Source: Emiliania huxleyi CCMP1516 (taxonomy: Eukaryota). From it: 57,673 nt of DNA. The position numbers and the translations under genes are program-made. The stretch spans positions 342,657 to 400,329 of the forward strand of contig NW_005201223.1 of assembly GCF_000372725.1 (NCBI RefSeq), read 5' to 3'. Positions 42,282-57,146 of the stretch are shown piece after piece (within the stretch, counting starts at the first letter, position 1; each line of letters starts with the position of its first letter). The notes beneath the pieces were generated by a model. It searched no databases. It was not told the origin of the DNA and worked only from the letters and a program-made list of their open reading frames with translations.

Positions 42282-44158
42282 ATGGCGACAGTCGTAATGA
42301 AAAGCTTCGCACTCGTCGTGCTAGCGCTGGCCGCCGCAGAGGCGCTGCAACTGCACCCCGCCGGCGCTAATGGCGCTGTGCGTACCGCCGGCGCTATTGG
42401 CGCTGTGCGTACCGCTGGCGCGCTGCGTCCCGCCGCCCGTCGCAGCGGCGAAATTCACCTCCTCGACAAGAAGGGCGAGGCGCATAGCACCGTCGTCTTT
42501 CTGCGCCACGGGCAGAGTACGTGGAATGCCGACTCGCTCTTCACGGGCTGGGCCGACGTCGAACTGACGACGCTGGGCAAGAACGAGGCCGCGGGCGCCG
42601 CGGCGACCCTCTGGAAGGAGGGCATCGAGTTTGACGTCGCCTACTGCAGCCGGCTCAAGCGTGCGAGGCAGACGCTCGAAATCGTGCTCAGCATCTCCGG
42701 CCAGGAGGAGGTGCCTGTCAACGCGTGCTGGCGACTGAACGAGCGAATGTACGGCGGGCTGACCGGTCTCAACAAGAAGGAGACGGCCGCCAAGTATGGC
42801 GACGAGCAGGTCAAGCGGTGGCGCCGCTCGTACGACGTCCCTCCTCCCCCGGTCGAAAAGGACTCGCCGTACTACCCGGGCAACAACCCGCAGTACTACC
42901 ACATCCGGGAGGAGGAGCTGCCCCTGTCAGAGTGCCTTAAGGCGCGCGCCCGGGCGGTGGCGGCCGGTGGCGGCGGCGGGCGGCGGTGGTGGTGACACAG
43001 ACCTGCCGCCGTGACACACAGCCCTGCAGCCAAGTGCCTCTCGCACTGGCTCCTCCCTGCCGAGCCATCCTCCCGCGCCGCCTCCTCGCCCTACTACACA
43101 GGACACGCTCGAGCGCACGCTTCCCTACTGGGAGAGCGACATCGTGCCGGCGCTGACCAAGGGCAAGACGGTGCCCGAGATCACCCGAGATCACCCGAGA
43201 TTACGAGCACTCCTCTTGTCGGACGCTCTGTTGCCGTAGCGCGCGCACGGAGAGAGACGAGCGCGCCGTGCGGTTCCGGGGTGCTCGTAATCTCGGGTGA
43301 TCTCGGGTGATCTCGNNNNNNNNNNNNNNNNNNNNNNNNNNNNNNNNNNNNNNNNNNNNNNNNNNNNNNNNNNNNNNNNNNNNNNNNNNNNNNNNNNNNN
43401 NNNNNNNNNNNNNNNNNNNNNNNNNNNNNNNNNNNNNNNNNNNNNNNNNNNNNNNNNNNNNNNNNNNNNNNNNNNNNNNNNNNNNNNNNNNNNNNNNNNN
43501 NNNNNNNNNNNNNNNNNNNNNNNNNNNNNNNNNNNNNNNNNNNNNNNNNNNNNNNNNNNNNNNNNNNNNNNNNNNNNNNNNNNNNNNNNNNNNNNNNNNN
43601 NNNNNNNNNNNNNNNNNNNNNNNNNNNNNNNNNNNNNNNNNNNNNNNNNNNNNNNNNNNNNNNNNNNNNNNNNNNNNNNNNNNNNNNNNNNNNNNNNNNN
43701 NNNNNNNNNNNNNNNNNNNNNNNNNNNNNNNNNNNNNNNNNNNNNNNNNNNNNNNNNNNNNNNNNNNNNNNNNNNNNNNNNNNNNNNNNNNNNNNNNNNN
43801 NNNNNNNNNNNNNNNNNNNNNNNNNNNNNNNNNNNNNNNNGCGAATCACGCGAGATCACGCGAGATCACGCGAGATCACGCGAGATCACGGCACGCGAGA
43901 TCACGCGAGATCACGCGAGATCTCCCGAGAGGCGCTGCCGGGACGCCGAGGCGAGTGCCGTGCCAGCTCCCGTTTGTGTGCAGTGGACAGGGCCTCCCCC
44001 CCCCCCCCCCCCACACCTTGCGTGTTGTGGAGGAGTGTGTGCCTCGCACCTCGCCGCAGGTGAACGAGATCTTCGAGATGGTCGACCGGAACGGTGACGG
44101 CCGAATAGACTTTGAGGAGTTCGTCCAGGCGATTACGGCCGAGAGCCTCCCCCGATAG
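42282..44158 (+). CDS. gpmA: 2,3-bisphosphoglycerate-dependent phosphoglycerate mutase, likely plastid-targeted, possible C-terminal EF-hand (middle hidden by an N-gap)
   Basis: LRHGQSTWN, FTGWADV, WRLNERMYGGLTGLNK, WRRSYDVPPP, SECLK/DTLERTLPYW; last exon 44060-44158 has DRNGDGRIDFEE. Confidence 0.85.
43176..43315. repeat. intronic inverted repeat built from CGAGATCACC units
   Basis: 43176-43210 is the reverse complement of 43281-43315. Confidence 0.85.
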
Positions 44159-44953
44159 GGGGCATTAGGGGGGCGAGATTGGCATTGCACTGTGTGCCCG
44201 CACGCGAGCAGCCGTGGGCGCGTCGGTGCCGTGTCTGGATGGCGGTCGGCCCGCGGCGGTCCGAGAGAGCACGTCGAGCCCAGCGATGGTGCTTGCGTCC
44301 TTGGTCGCCTGGCGCGGGGCGGCCGGTGGCCGGAGCGGTGGCCGGTGGCTGGTGCGGAGAAAGGGCGCTGGGCTCCCGCCGGTGGGGCGGTGGGCAGAGC
44401 GAGCACTGGCCACTGCGCCGAGACGCCGCGACGGGCGGGCGGGCGGGCGAAGGGGGGGGGGGGGGGGGGGTCCGCTCTGGTCCTGAAACATGTCTTGGGC
44501 ATGCCCATGCAATCCGTTTCCGTTTCCCACTCGGCACCCTCGGTCTGTGTGCGTGGGGGCCATGTGCATGGGTCATATATTCTTGGGGGGACCCGTCTTG
44601 GGTCATACACATGAAACATGTGGGGGCTTTTTTCGTTTAACCGGGCCGCTCCGCGGCCGCGCATCGGCAAAAATGTTACACCGTATTTACGTAGTGCATG
44701 CATTTCCCGAGAACCTCGCGGCTGAGACACCGAGTCTAAAGAACAGTGTGCCTCACGGAGAGCGTTCAGACCGGCGAGAAAAGCACCTTGAAGGGCGCGC
44801 GCTGAAACACGNNNNNNNNNNNNNNNNNNNNNNNNNNNNNNNNNNNNNNNNNNNNNNNNNNNNNNNNNNNNNNNNNNNNNNNNNNNNNNNNNNNNNNNNN
44901 NNNNNNNNNNNNNNNNNNNNNNNNNNNNNNNNNNNNNNNNNNNNNNNNNNNNN

Positions 44954-45322
44954 AGAGGCAGCATCGTCCCACGGCGCCTCCTCCTCGTCGTCGAGCCCAT
45001 CCGCCAGGGCCGAGAGCGCCGCGATGGTCGGGTGCGCAGCCGGCGGCGGCAGCGAGCACGGCGAGCCAGCAGCTGCCCCCAGGCGCAGCGCTCGCTCTGA
45101 CAGATTGCGGATGCGAGACAGCTCGGCGGCTTGCTCCTCTCTTGTTGTAGCATGCTGGCGGCATGCGAACGAGGTCTCGCGCACCAGCTCCACGGTCTCT
45201 GCAATCTGCTGCTGCTTGTCAGCGTCGAGCCGCCGCGAATTCCGCAGCCGGAGGCAATAAACGACGGACAAGACGGCGGCGGCCCCGGCCGCGGCCACGG
45301 CGAGCGTGAGGGAGGTGAGCAT
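44954..45322 (-). CDS. hypothetical protein with N-terminal TM; 3' end lies in an N-gap
   Basis: MLTSLTLAVAAAGAAAVLSVVYCL followed by a coiled region. Confidence 0.4.
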
Positions 45323-46329
45323 GGACGCGACAAGCTCAAAGGCGCCTGTTTCCGCGAACAGTTTTTTTTTAATGAACTCGAGGCCCATCCATACCGCGCT
45401 GGTGTCCAGTCCGAGCCTGGCTGTTCTTCACCTTTCTACCTACCTACCCTAGGACGCGGTACAAACGCGGTACACCAAAAGGCAGTGTTCACGCATGGGG
45501 TTCTGCGAGGTCAGTGTTGCCCCCTGTGTCCGCTGGTAGGACAGTGATCGCCGCAAACCCTGTGGTGATCGCCGCAAACCCTGTGGTCAGCTCCATATGA
45601 TCTCACAGGGTAGCACGGCAAAAAAACCGTGGCACATAGGGGACTGACTGACCGCCCGCGCGCCAGCGCGGGCGAAGAAATTTTTTCGGGTCCGTCCACT
45701 GAAAACGGACTCCGGCAAGCACTTTTTTGGCGCCGTGGCCGTGCTCGGCGCGCGCAGCGCGCGGAAAATCGTAAATCTGTGCCATTTTAAGCGTTTTCCA
45801 CGGCCTCTCGGTCTCGCTTGCTGCGCGTGCGTGGAGCATGCGTGTGTGCGGGTGGGGGGGGTATGGTCGCGGTGCCAGGGCCCTGACCCTACCGTACCCT
45901 ACCCCCTAAAAACCTCGAATCCTAGGACTGACTGACTGACTCGGGCCCGGCAGGAAGAAATCAGCATATGTGTCTCCCTAGATTTCTTGTGCTACCCCTT
46001 GATGATCTCGGATATTTTTTGTAGGCACCGGAACACCAAAAAACTATCTTCGAGTGAAAAGTAATCCGAGCAAACCCGCGGCCGCAATGAATTAAAAGGG
46101 GAGGGTTTTCGAGGGGGAATCTGGAGAATCTGGGAATCTGCTCACCACTGACCCCCACCTCATCCAAAAACTTTTCACTCCAAGACAAAGTACTTTTTTA
46201 AGGTGCTCTACAACCTAGGCACAAAAGATATGGCATTGCAGGCCATTAGGGCCCTTTAGACGATCACTGAGTAGGCCAAAATCCCCGCTGGGCCGGGAGC
46301 AACCTTAAAGGGCGGGGCGCTGCCTTGGA

Positions 46330-47259
46330 GGAGGGCGACTGGGTCTAAATTTAGTGCGGTGTGAAGTGTTTATATACTGCATCTTTAGTGCACTTTAGCG
46401 CGAATTTAGTGCGAATTTAGCGCAACTTTAGCGCAACTTTAGCGCAACTTTAGCGCAAATTTAGCGCGAGTTCACTGCGACTTTACATCCAGATTTAGCG
46501 AGGTTTAGTGTCTTTAGTCCAGCCGCGCAGTAGGATCCAGCCGCAGCCCCTCGCTGGGCCTCCCTCCCCCTCTCCCCCTGCAGTTCCCTGCCCACTCGCA
46601 AAGCTGCTTGCGGTGACTACATGGATCATTGGACATTGCCATTTGGCCGTTTCTGTCATCGTGCGATCGTGGTCTGGATCCTTCATCCTTTGGTTCAACA
46701 TTGGTTTTGAAATTCCAAGACCGACCCTCACCTCTACTCTATTACAGCTGGTGGTCACGGGCACAGCATGGGTTGTGCGGTCGGAGGTGGTGCTTGCGGT
46801 GGCGCATTCAACTGTGCTGGTCCTCCTCTCGGGAATCGGTTATGTGCCTGTGCTCAGTCGGGAGATCTTGCTCTGGAGGGCTGCATATCTAGCCTCACTG
46901 GGAGCCTGCCTTTGGGTCATGAGGGCAGGGGCCAGGCATCCATCTCCTGTGGTGCATTCTTGGCAGCCAAGGAGCAAAGCACGCGGCCCTGGCCAGCTGT
47001 GGTGTGGCTGGGAAGCCGTCCGTGCTAAAGCCCGCACTAAAGATGCAAACAAAAGATGCGGGACCCACACTAAATGTACTGCAGCTGCCCGCACCTAAAG
47101 TGAACTAAATGTGGCGCTAAATTGGAGACAAAACACACTAAATATGTACTAAATTTGCGCTAAATTTGCGCTAAAGTCGCACTACACACGCACTCGAACA
47201 CACACTAAATAGCGCACTAAACTATCACTAAAGTTCATTCACAGACGCAGGCGCCCTCC
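46330..47259. mobile_element. non-autonomous TIR element with inverted subterminal TTTAGYG / CRCTAAA arrays
   Basis: TIR GGAGGGCGACTGGGTCT vs AGACGCAGGCGCCCTCC (15/17); motif arrays at 46349-46518 and 47024-47233 in opposite orientation. Confidence 0.7.
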
Positions 47260-47326
47260 CGAAAGCTTGCGAGGCGTGAGTTCGCATTGGGCAGCAGACA
47301 GCAGGGTCTCACCCTCGGCCGTGGTC

Positions 47327-48244
47327 ATGCTACGCGATTTCCTCCTCGCGGCGATTATTCCTCACGCCATTGCACTGCGCCCGATCGCGACGCGACCGCC
47401 GCCACACACCCGCAGCAGCCACGTCACCGCCTCGCTACCTCCACCCGCTGCATTGCCGAGCCTTCCTAGCCTAGCGGCCGCGAGCATTCTTCCGACGTGC
47501 CTCGGCTTCTGGAAGACGGGCTACGCCGTCTCGTATGGATACGGCGGAGCGATGCTCGCTGCCGGCGCGCTGACGCTGCGCTGCTCGGTGCCAGCCCTCG
47601 CTCAGGCGCACGCGCTCGCTCTCGTATTCTACGGGCTGCGCCTCAATCTGTTTCTCCTCTACCGCGAGCTGGCCCTGCCCGAGGAGATCCACCAGATGAA
47701 GAAGCGTGAAGCCTCGTTTGCGGGTCGGCTCAAGCGCGCGCCCGTCATTCTTGGCTGCTCGGCGCTCTATTACCTCATGGCCGCGCCACTTCGGATTTCG
47801 GCCGTGGCTCCGACCTCTGGCCCGGCGGCGGCCGCACTCGTCGCCTGCTCATTCCTCGGCTTTGGTATCGCCGCCTTGGGCGACACCATCAAGACGTACG
47901 TCAAGGCCAAAGAGGGCAAGGGCTACCTGGTCACCTCCGGGCCGTTCAGATACTTGCGCCACCCCAATTACACGGGCGAGCTCTTCGGATGGACGGCCAG
48001 CGCGCTGCTCGGCGCCCTCGTGGCCCTCTCGCAGGGCGCTTCTTTTGCGCGCAGCGTGCTGCCCTGGCTGATCGGCTCGGCCGTCGGCTGGGTGGGGATT
48101 CTATTCGTGCTGGCGGGGGAGGCGGCCGCGGGGCTTGAGAAGAAGCAAAAGGCCAAGTACGGAGGGACGCCAAAATACGAGGAGTGGGTCCAGGGCTCGT
48201 GGGCGGGGCCAGTGATCGCCATGGGAGGGTCGACTGATAAGTAG
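47327..48244 (+). CDS. DUF1295-family (steroid 5-alpha-reductase-like) membrane protein with targeting presequence
   Basis: YAVSYGYG, YGLRL..FL..R, LVTSGPFRYLRHPNYTGE. Confidence 0.85.
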   Translation: MLRDFLLAAIIPHAIALRPIATRPPPHTRSSHVTASLPPPAALPSLPSLAAASILPTCLGFWKTGYAVSYGYGGAMLAAGALTLRCSVPALAQAHALALVFYGLRLNLFLLYRELALPEEIHQMKKREASFAGRLKRAPVILGCSALYYLMAAPLRISAVAPTSGPAAAALVACSFLGFGIAALGDTIKTYVKAKEGKGYLVTSGPFRYLRHPNYTGELFGWTASALLGALVALSQGASFARSVLPWLIGSAVGWVGILFVLAGEAAAGLEKKQKAKYGGTPKYEEWVQGSWAGPVIAMGGSTDK

Positions 48245-48489
48245 TATTACCAGTTGGTAATTCAGACTGTAGCGCATGTCTGTTGTATCGAGGGGTGAAG
48301 AAGAAGAGCGCGCGAGAAGGTTTTTGCTCGCCTTCCCTGGGACTCCGTGTTGCGTGACTGTCTCTGTGCGATTTCGGGCCTGGGGTTGTGCGTTTATGTG
48401 AAGAAGAAAAAATTGCTTTTGAAGAAAAACGGGCACGCATAGTCTCCCCCCTCCATTCTCTCCCCCTTGGCGTGGCGCGCCTCTCCCCC

Positions 48490-50090
48490 AGCTCTCGGTA
48501 TCGCGTACTGCACGAGGCTACCGTGGGCCCCGCCTGCGCGCTGGGTGCGACGGTGTATCACTCTCAATTGGGGTTCCCTGCCCTGTCGGGAAGCCTAGCT
48601 CTTAACCTGGGGTCGCTACCTAATGCGGGGCGAATGAGTGATGAAGTTAGTGCCTTGGTGTCCGTTCCCCATGGTGGCTTCCCCTGGTCTCACGACCATG
48701 GAATGAGAGCTCTCACTCCCAGGGTACTCCCGCGTATCTCGGCTCCCTTATCCCCCCCCTCTTCCCTCCCCTTTCTCTCTCCGAGATGACCCGTGCGCTA
48801 CGTGCCTAGGTTCGGTCCTCGGGGAGGGGGGATTGGCGGTGTGTCCTCGCGAGTTGTTTGTCGCTGGACGCCCGACAGCTTCGATTTCCCTCCTTAGCGC
48901 CCCGGGTAGAGCGTGGTCTCCCCTGGAGCCTGCCACGCCCGTTCTGTCTAAGCCCAGGGTTCAGCTTTCCAGTTGATCCTTATCGGACTGGTGAGTTCCT
49001 TCTCGCTGTCAGTGTGACGCCCCGGCAGTCATTGGCGGCGGTGCTACACACACTATGCCTGGATTCGTTTTCTCCAAAGGAGTGTTTTGTTTTGACAAGA
49101 TTTTATGGGCTAGCTATCTCGCAGTACATGCGCACGAGCTTAGCGTATTGTTGCACTAATTTTCGCCATCGTGTTTTTCTTTTATGCTTATGGCAGTAAA
49201 AAGAACTGCGTGCGGCAGGCGCGGGCTCGGTCGATATCCCAGACTTCGACTCACATCTTCATTGCTGCGGTGTGTGCCCGGGGAGGCGCGGCAGCGGGGT
49301 GGATTGAGAAGGTCTCAGAATGCAGAGAAACTGCAGGCGTGGGCAGAGGCGCGCGCTGCAGTTTCTCTGATCGGGCTGCTGGCGGTGTGAGCGCGGGACG
49401 GTGTGGTGAGGCGTGAGGCAGGCTATTGTTGTGGGGTGCGGGCTGCGTCGTTAGGCGTATGCGTGCCTGGTGCTGTATGCTGTGTGTGCAGGCAGGCTGG
49501 CGGTCTGTGCAGCAGAGAGCAGATGAGCGCGCGCGCGCGCTCGTGCGGGCGTGCGTGCGCGCAGCGTGCCACGCGCGCGCCTCGTGCAGTGCAGACAGGC
49601 GCGAGGCGGCAGGGGCGCAGTGCGGAGCACGCGGGCTGAGCTGTGTGTGCAGGCAGGCTGACAGGCTGTGGAGCAGACTGAGCGGATGAGCGCGCGTGCG
49701 AGCGCGTGCGGGTGCGTGCGTGCGTGCGCGCCTTGCGTGGTGCAGGATCTGTGTCGTACTCGCGGCGCGTCCGAAAGGGAACAGCCGCTTGTGAGATGCC
49801 AGAAGCAGTGTGCAGAGCCTGCACAGGGCGCAAAAAGGCGAGGTAGTGCTGGTGAGGTGTGCTGCGGCGCGCGCGTCGCGGCGTGAGTGGATATGCGGCT
49901 TGCTCTGGTGGTGCGAGGGGCGCGTGGCTGGTGCGGGCGGCGCGGGACGGCCATGGGGCAGACGCACATGACACAGGCTTCTGGGCGCTACGCGTGTGTT
50001 TGCGTGCGCGCGGGGACGTACGCGCAGTTTTCACGCGGTGTGCGTGGAGAAGGGCAGGAGGGGCGCCGGCCGCGCGTGTATTGGCGTGTG
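48490..50090 (+). repeat. non-coding dispersed repeat, copy 2
   Basis: colinear with 36230-37590, with an internal duplication of ~200 bp. Confidence 0.8.
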
Positions 50091-50453
50091 AGAGTGCGTG
50101 GTGCCCGAAGGCGAGAAGGGGCCCGAAGGCAGGGAAGAGTCTTCCGCCTCGCAACAACGAGGCTTGAAAGAAACTTCTTTTCTGTTGAAGAAGAGAGAAC
50201 TTGGTGCACTTGGTCTTGGAGCACTTGGAGTGCAGTCGGTAGCCTCACATCCAGGGCCGGGGTGCGGGGAGCTAAGAAGCGCACCCACGGGGCCGGATGA
50301 TCGGGATCGGGTTGCGGGCAAGAGAGCCCTAGCCCTGGGGGGTGCGCGTTCGCAGGGAAAGAAAGGAAGGGAAGGGGCGCGCGGATTTTCTTTTCCGCCG
50401 CTGCCGTCGCAACCTCACCGCACTCGACACTAGGCACGGGACTGGCACTACAA

Positions 50454-52576
<2,123 letters not shown>

Positions 52577-52879
52577 GAGCTCGCACGGGCGTGCGACAGA
52601 GGCGTTCAGTGATCAGTCCCCTGGTGCGGTGTGCGCCCTGTATATCCCGCCCTTTGCGCGTCATCAAACTTATCAGAAGCACCATGTAAAATAATAAACA
52701 CCGGTCCGTGCGCGCGCGGTGCCTCTCTCGAGCGCGCGAAAAAGAGACGTCTCGCCGGCGCCTGCAGCCTGCACGATCGTTCGGCGCGTTGAGGCGAACC
52801 GGAACGCTCTACGCCTCTAGGTCTAGCGCAGTAGAGTGGTGCCCGCACCGCACGGCCCGAGCCCGCGCCCTCAGTTCCA

Positions 52880-55800
52880 TCACTGCTGCCCGACGAGGTC
52901 AAAGTAAACGCCGCCGGGGCCAATCTGCAGCAGCTCGTCGTGGGTCCCCTGCTCGACAACCTTGCCGCGCCTCACCACGGCGATCTTGTCGGCGTTGCGG
53001 ATGGTCGAGAGCCGGTGCGCGATCGTGATGGTCGTGCGCTTCTGCTTGGCCATGAGCTCGTCGAGCGCTGCCTGCACGATGCGCTCGCTCTCGTTGTCGA
53101 GCGCGCTCGTCGCCTCGTCGAGCAGCATGATGGCGGGCTTTCGCACCAGCGCGCGCGCGATGGCGACGCGCTGCTTCTGCCCCCCGGAGAGCTGCCCGCC
53201 GCGCAGCCCCACTTGGGTGGCGTAGCCGTCGCCGAGGTCGTTCGTGATGAAGGTGTGCGCGTTGGCCGCGACCGCCGCCTCCTCGATCTCGCTCTGCGTG
53301 GCGCCCTCCTTGCCGTAGCCGATGTTCTCGGCCACCGTGCCCTCAAACAGCACGGGCTCCTGCCCCACCATCCCAATCTGCTGGCGGAGCCACCGCAGGT
53401 TGAGGCTGCGGATGTCTGCGCCGTCGAGCAGCACGGCGCCCGCCTGCGGGTCGTAGAAGCGTTGCAGCAGCGCGACGATCGTGCTCTTGCCAGAGCCGCT
53501 CGGGCCGCACAGCGCGACCGTCTGCCCCGCCTCAATCTCGAGGGAGTAGCCGCGGCAGGCAGGCCGGTCGAGAGCCGTCGGGTAGGCAAACACGACGTCG
53601 CGGACCGAGATCTCGCCGCGCACGGGCGGCAGCCGCTCGCCCTCGGCCGAGGTTGGGTCGATCAGCGACGCCTGGTCGAATCGCTGGAAGAGCTCCTTGG
53701 CGGCCTTGGCCGCGGCCTTTGCGTCGGTGGCCATCATGGCGTGGCCCGAGGCCAGGAAGGTGACCATCATCGTCGCGATGATTGGCACCATGATCTTGTC
53801 CATGATGAGCATCGACGAGCTGTCGCAGCCGGCCTCGGCCGCGCCGAGCGCCCCGACCGACGCGAGCCACAGCCCGTAGAAGATCTGGGCGCCCATCATC
53901 GAGTAGACGATGGCGAAGGCGAGGAAGAGGCCCACGCCCGCCTGCACCGCCTTGCGCTTCCCGACCGCGAGCAGCTTGTCCATCTGCTTGCAGTAGTCCT
54001 CATAGAACTTGACCTCGGCGTTGAAGGAGGCGACGGTCCGGATCCCGAGCACCACCTCGCCAATCACCGCGCCGGCCGACTTCTTGACCTCGTTGTCGTT
54101 GTCCTTGCTCGCCTGCTTTGCCTGGTCCATCGGCATGGCCGCCTGCATCGCGATGCCCATGGTGACGCCCATGATCGGAAGGCAGCCGAGCGTGACCAGC
54201 GCGACGCGCCAGTCGCCCCAGTAAAACATGGTGAAGAGCATCGTGCCGATCAAGAAGAGAAACTTTGTGATTGCGCCGAGCTGCTCGCCGACGAGCCCCT
54301 GCACGAGCGCCACCCTCGCGCCCAGGAACTCGGTCAGCGCGCCCATCGTGTTGGCCTCGTAGTCGAAGTAGCCGACCTCCATCCGCAGCAGCTTGGCCAT
54401 CAGCGTGGTGCGCAGCGCCGTCGTCAAGTGCTCGCCGGTGATGCCGAGGGTCGTCGCCGAGATGAACTCGAAGGCGTGCTGCCCGAGGCCGACGGCGATG
54501 AAGATGAGGCCCCACAGCACGCCCTCGGACTCGACCTTGTCGGGCGATGGGTAGCTCAGCGCCGTGAGCGAGCGGACGAAGAGCAAGCCGAGCAAGCCCT
54601 GCACGATACCCGTGACCGCGGCGCACGACACGCCGATGACGTAGAGGTAGCGGTCGCTCTTTGGCGACATTTGGAGCAGCCGCCTCACCGGCCCCTGCTT
54701 CTTCTGGCCCGCCGCTGCGGCCGCAGCCTCCTCCTCCGCCGTCTCGACCACCGCCTCGACGATGCCGAGCGACGCCCCGATCGAGCTCGTCTGGTGCAGC
54801 GCCTTGAGCCCCTCCACCACCTCAACGTGGCGTACGCTGATGGAGTCCTCCACCTGCGAGGCCTCCGCCGCCACGCGCATCACCTCGACGTCCTTGGCCT
54901 GGTTCGCCTGCTGCTTGGCGGCGAGGCCGTGGAAGACGCCGCCCTCCCCGACGGCGAGCAGGTCGTCGTACGTCCCCTCCTCCACGATGACGCCCTTCTG
55001 GACGACGGCGATCTTGTCGCAGTACTTGATCGTCGTCAGCCGGTGCGCCACCGTGACCGACGTGAAGTGGCTCTTCCTCATGATGTCGTCGAGCGACGCC
55101 TGCACGATGCGCTCGCTCGCGTTGTCGAGCGCCGACGTCGCCTCGTCGAGCAGCAGGATCGCCGGCTGCTTGATGACGGCGCGCGCGATGGCGATGCGCT
55201 GCTTCTGGCCGCCCGACAGCTTGCCGCCGCCCAGGCCCACCTGGGTGTCGTAGCCGTCGCCGAGGCTCTCGACGATGAAGTCGTGCGCGTTCGCCGCGCG
55301 CGCCGCGGCCTCCACCTCCTCGCGGGTCGCCTTGTCCTTGCCAAGCGCGATGTTCTCTGCGATGGTGCCCATGAAGAGCATCGGCTCCTGCCCGACTAGC
55401 CCGATCTGCCGGCGCAGCGCCTTGACGTTCATCGCCCTGAGGTCGACGCCGTCGATGAGCACCGACCCCGAGAGCGGGTCATAGTACCGCTCGAGCAGCT
55501 GGATGAGCGTCGACTTACCCGCACCCGACGGGCCAACCAGCGCGCACGAGGTGCCGGCCGGGATGCTCAGCGAGTATCCGTTGCAGATGAGGTGGTGGGG
55601 CGCGGTGGGGTAGGCGAAGGTGACGTCCTTCACCTCGATGGCGCCCTTGAGCACGACCGTGAGGCCCTCCTCCGAGAAGGCGTCGATCGTCGGCACGCGC
55701 GCCACCACCTCGAGCACGCTGCGGCACGCCGTGACGCCCTTGATCAGCGCCTGCACTGGCCCCGCCAGCTGCGAGAGGCCAAAGGCGCCCTGGAAGACGG

Positions 55801-57146
55801 CCTGCGTGGCGATGTAGATGGCGCCGAGCCCCAGCGCGCACTCGACGCTCCTGCGGCGGCGGGGCGGGAGCATGTGGCGAGGGCGGTGGCGAGGGCGGCG
55901 GCAGGGGCGGCGGTGTGACGCTCCTGTCGTAGCTGTTGGGCGGGAAGAGCTCGTCGTAGCTGCTGTCGGCAGGGTCGCCGTCCACGAACTGGTTCCAGAA
56001 CAGCGTGTCGTCGCCAAAGAACCGGGTGAATGCGCGCTCCCCGATGACCTGCGCCGCCGTGCTGCAAGTGAACTTGAAGTTCTCGAGGGCCTCGCCAGTA
56101 GTCGCGCTCGTGCGGTCTGCGCACGCCGCACCAACGCCGTCAGCCTGATCTGGCTGGGTGGTGTCGACGAGGAACAAGTCGTACGAGTCGCAGCTCTCGG
56201 CGCAGTAGTTCCTCGCGTCACCCAGCAAGGCGGTGTAGTCCACCGTGGTGTCACGGTACTCGGAGACGAGCAGCTGGCACGCCAGCAGAATCCCAGAGGC
56301 CATCACGTAGTAGACGGACGCGTTCATCGTGGAGAGGGCTGCAAAGATCTTGGTCGAGAGGCGGATGGCCGCGCGCTCGGCGTTGGCGAGGTTGGCATCG
56401 TACCGCTGCAGAGACCTCTCCTCGAGGCCGAGCGACGCGACCGTGCGGATCGACGAGAGCACCTCGGAGGCGACGCCGCCGGCGCCTGCGTACGCGTCGG
56501 CCAGGAGCTTGGTGCGCTGCTCGAGGTAGTAGAGGAGCAGTGAGACGGAAGGCAGGTAGGCGACGATGGCCACGGCGAGCGTGACGAGGGCGACAGCCCA
56601 CGACTCGCGCAGCGAGATGTAGAGCCCCACGGTGATGGACCCGATGGTTGTGAAGATGTTGGCGTTGGATAGGTGAAGCGCCTTCTCGATGTAGACGATG
56701 GACTCACCCATGCGCGTCGAGAGCTCCTGCGGCTGGTTGACGTCGTACCAGCCGACGTCCTGCCGGAGGATCGACTTTAGGTACTCCTTCTTCCAACGCG
56801 TGATCTGACGGTTCTTGGAATAGTCGAGCAGCAGCGCCGCGATTCCTTGGCAGCCGCCAATACCCAGGCCCCAGTACGTCATGTTGACGAGGAGCATGAT
56901 CCCGAGATCATAGTAGTTTGTGGTCGAGTTCAAGTCGAAGAAGTCGGCAAACGTCACCAGGGCGAGGACCTGCAGTGCTCCGAAGCCGACCATAAAGGCG
57001 CAGCCGGCGACGATCAAGAAGGCATCGAACCGAGTAGCAAAGAAGAAGAGCGAACGCAGGAAGGAGCGGCGGCGCTGCTGAGGCGGGTCGTCTGGCGACT
57101 GCCTCGAAGGCGTCTTGCGTCTCGGCTCCGCAGAAGAACTGCGCAT
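52880..57146 (-). CDS. ABCB1: full-size ABCB (MDR/P-glycoprotein-like) transporter, one intron at 55851-55923
   Basis: TMD-NBD-TMD-NBD; GPSGAGKST and GPSGSGKST; LSGGQKQRIAIARA and LSGGQKQRVAIARA; LLDEATSALD; AHRL. Confidence 0.93.

Noticed and set aside
46349..46518. TTTAG-containing repeats as interstitial telomere
   Set aside because: Units are TTTAGCGC/TTTAGTG rather than TTTAGGG or TTAGGG, and they are mirrored at 47024-47233, which fits a TIR element better.
52940..55399. 819-aa plus-strand ORF, and similar long antisense ORFs (27136-28311, 28677-30320, 22405-23517)
   Set aside because: Shadow ORFs opposite high-GC3 coding sequence, with no motifs of their own.
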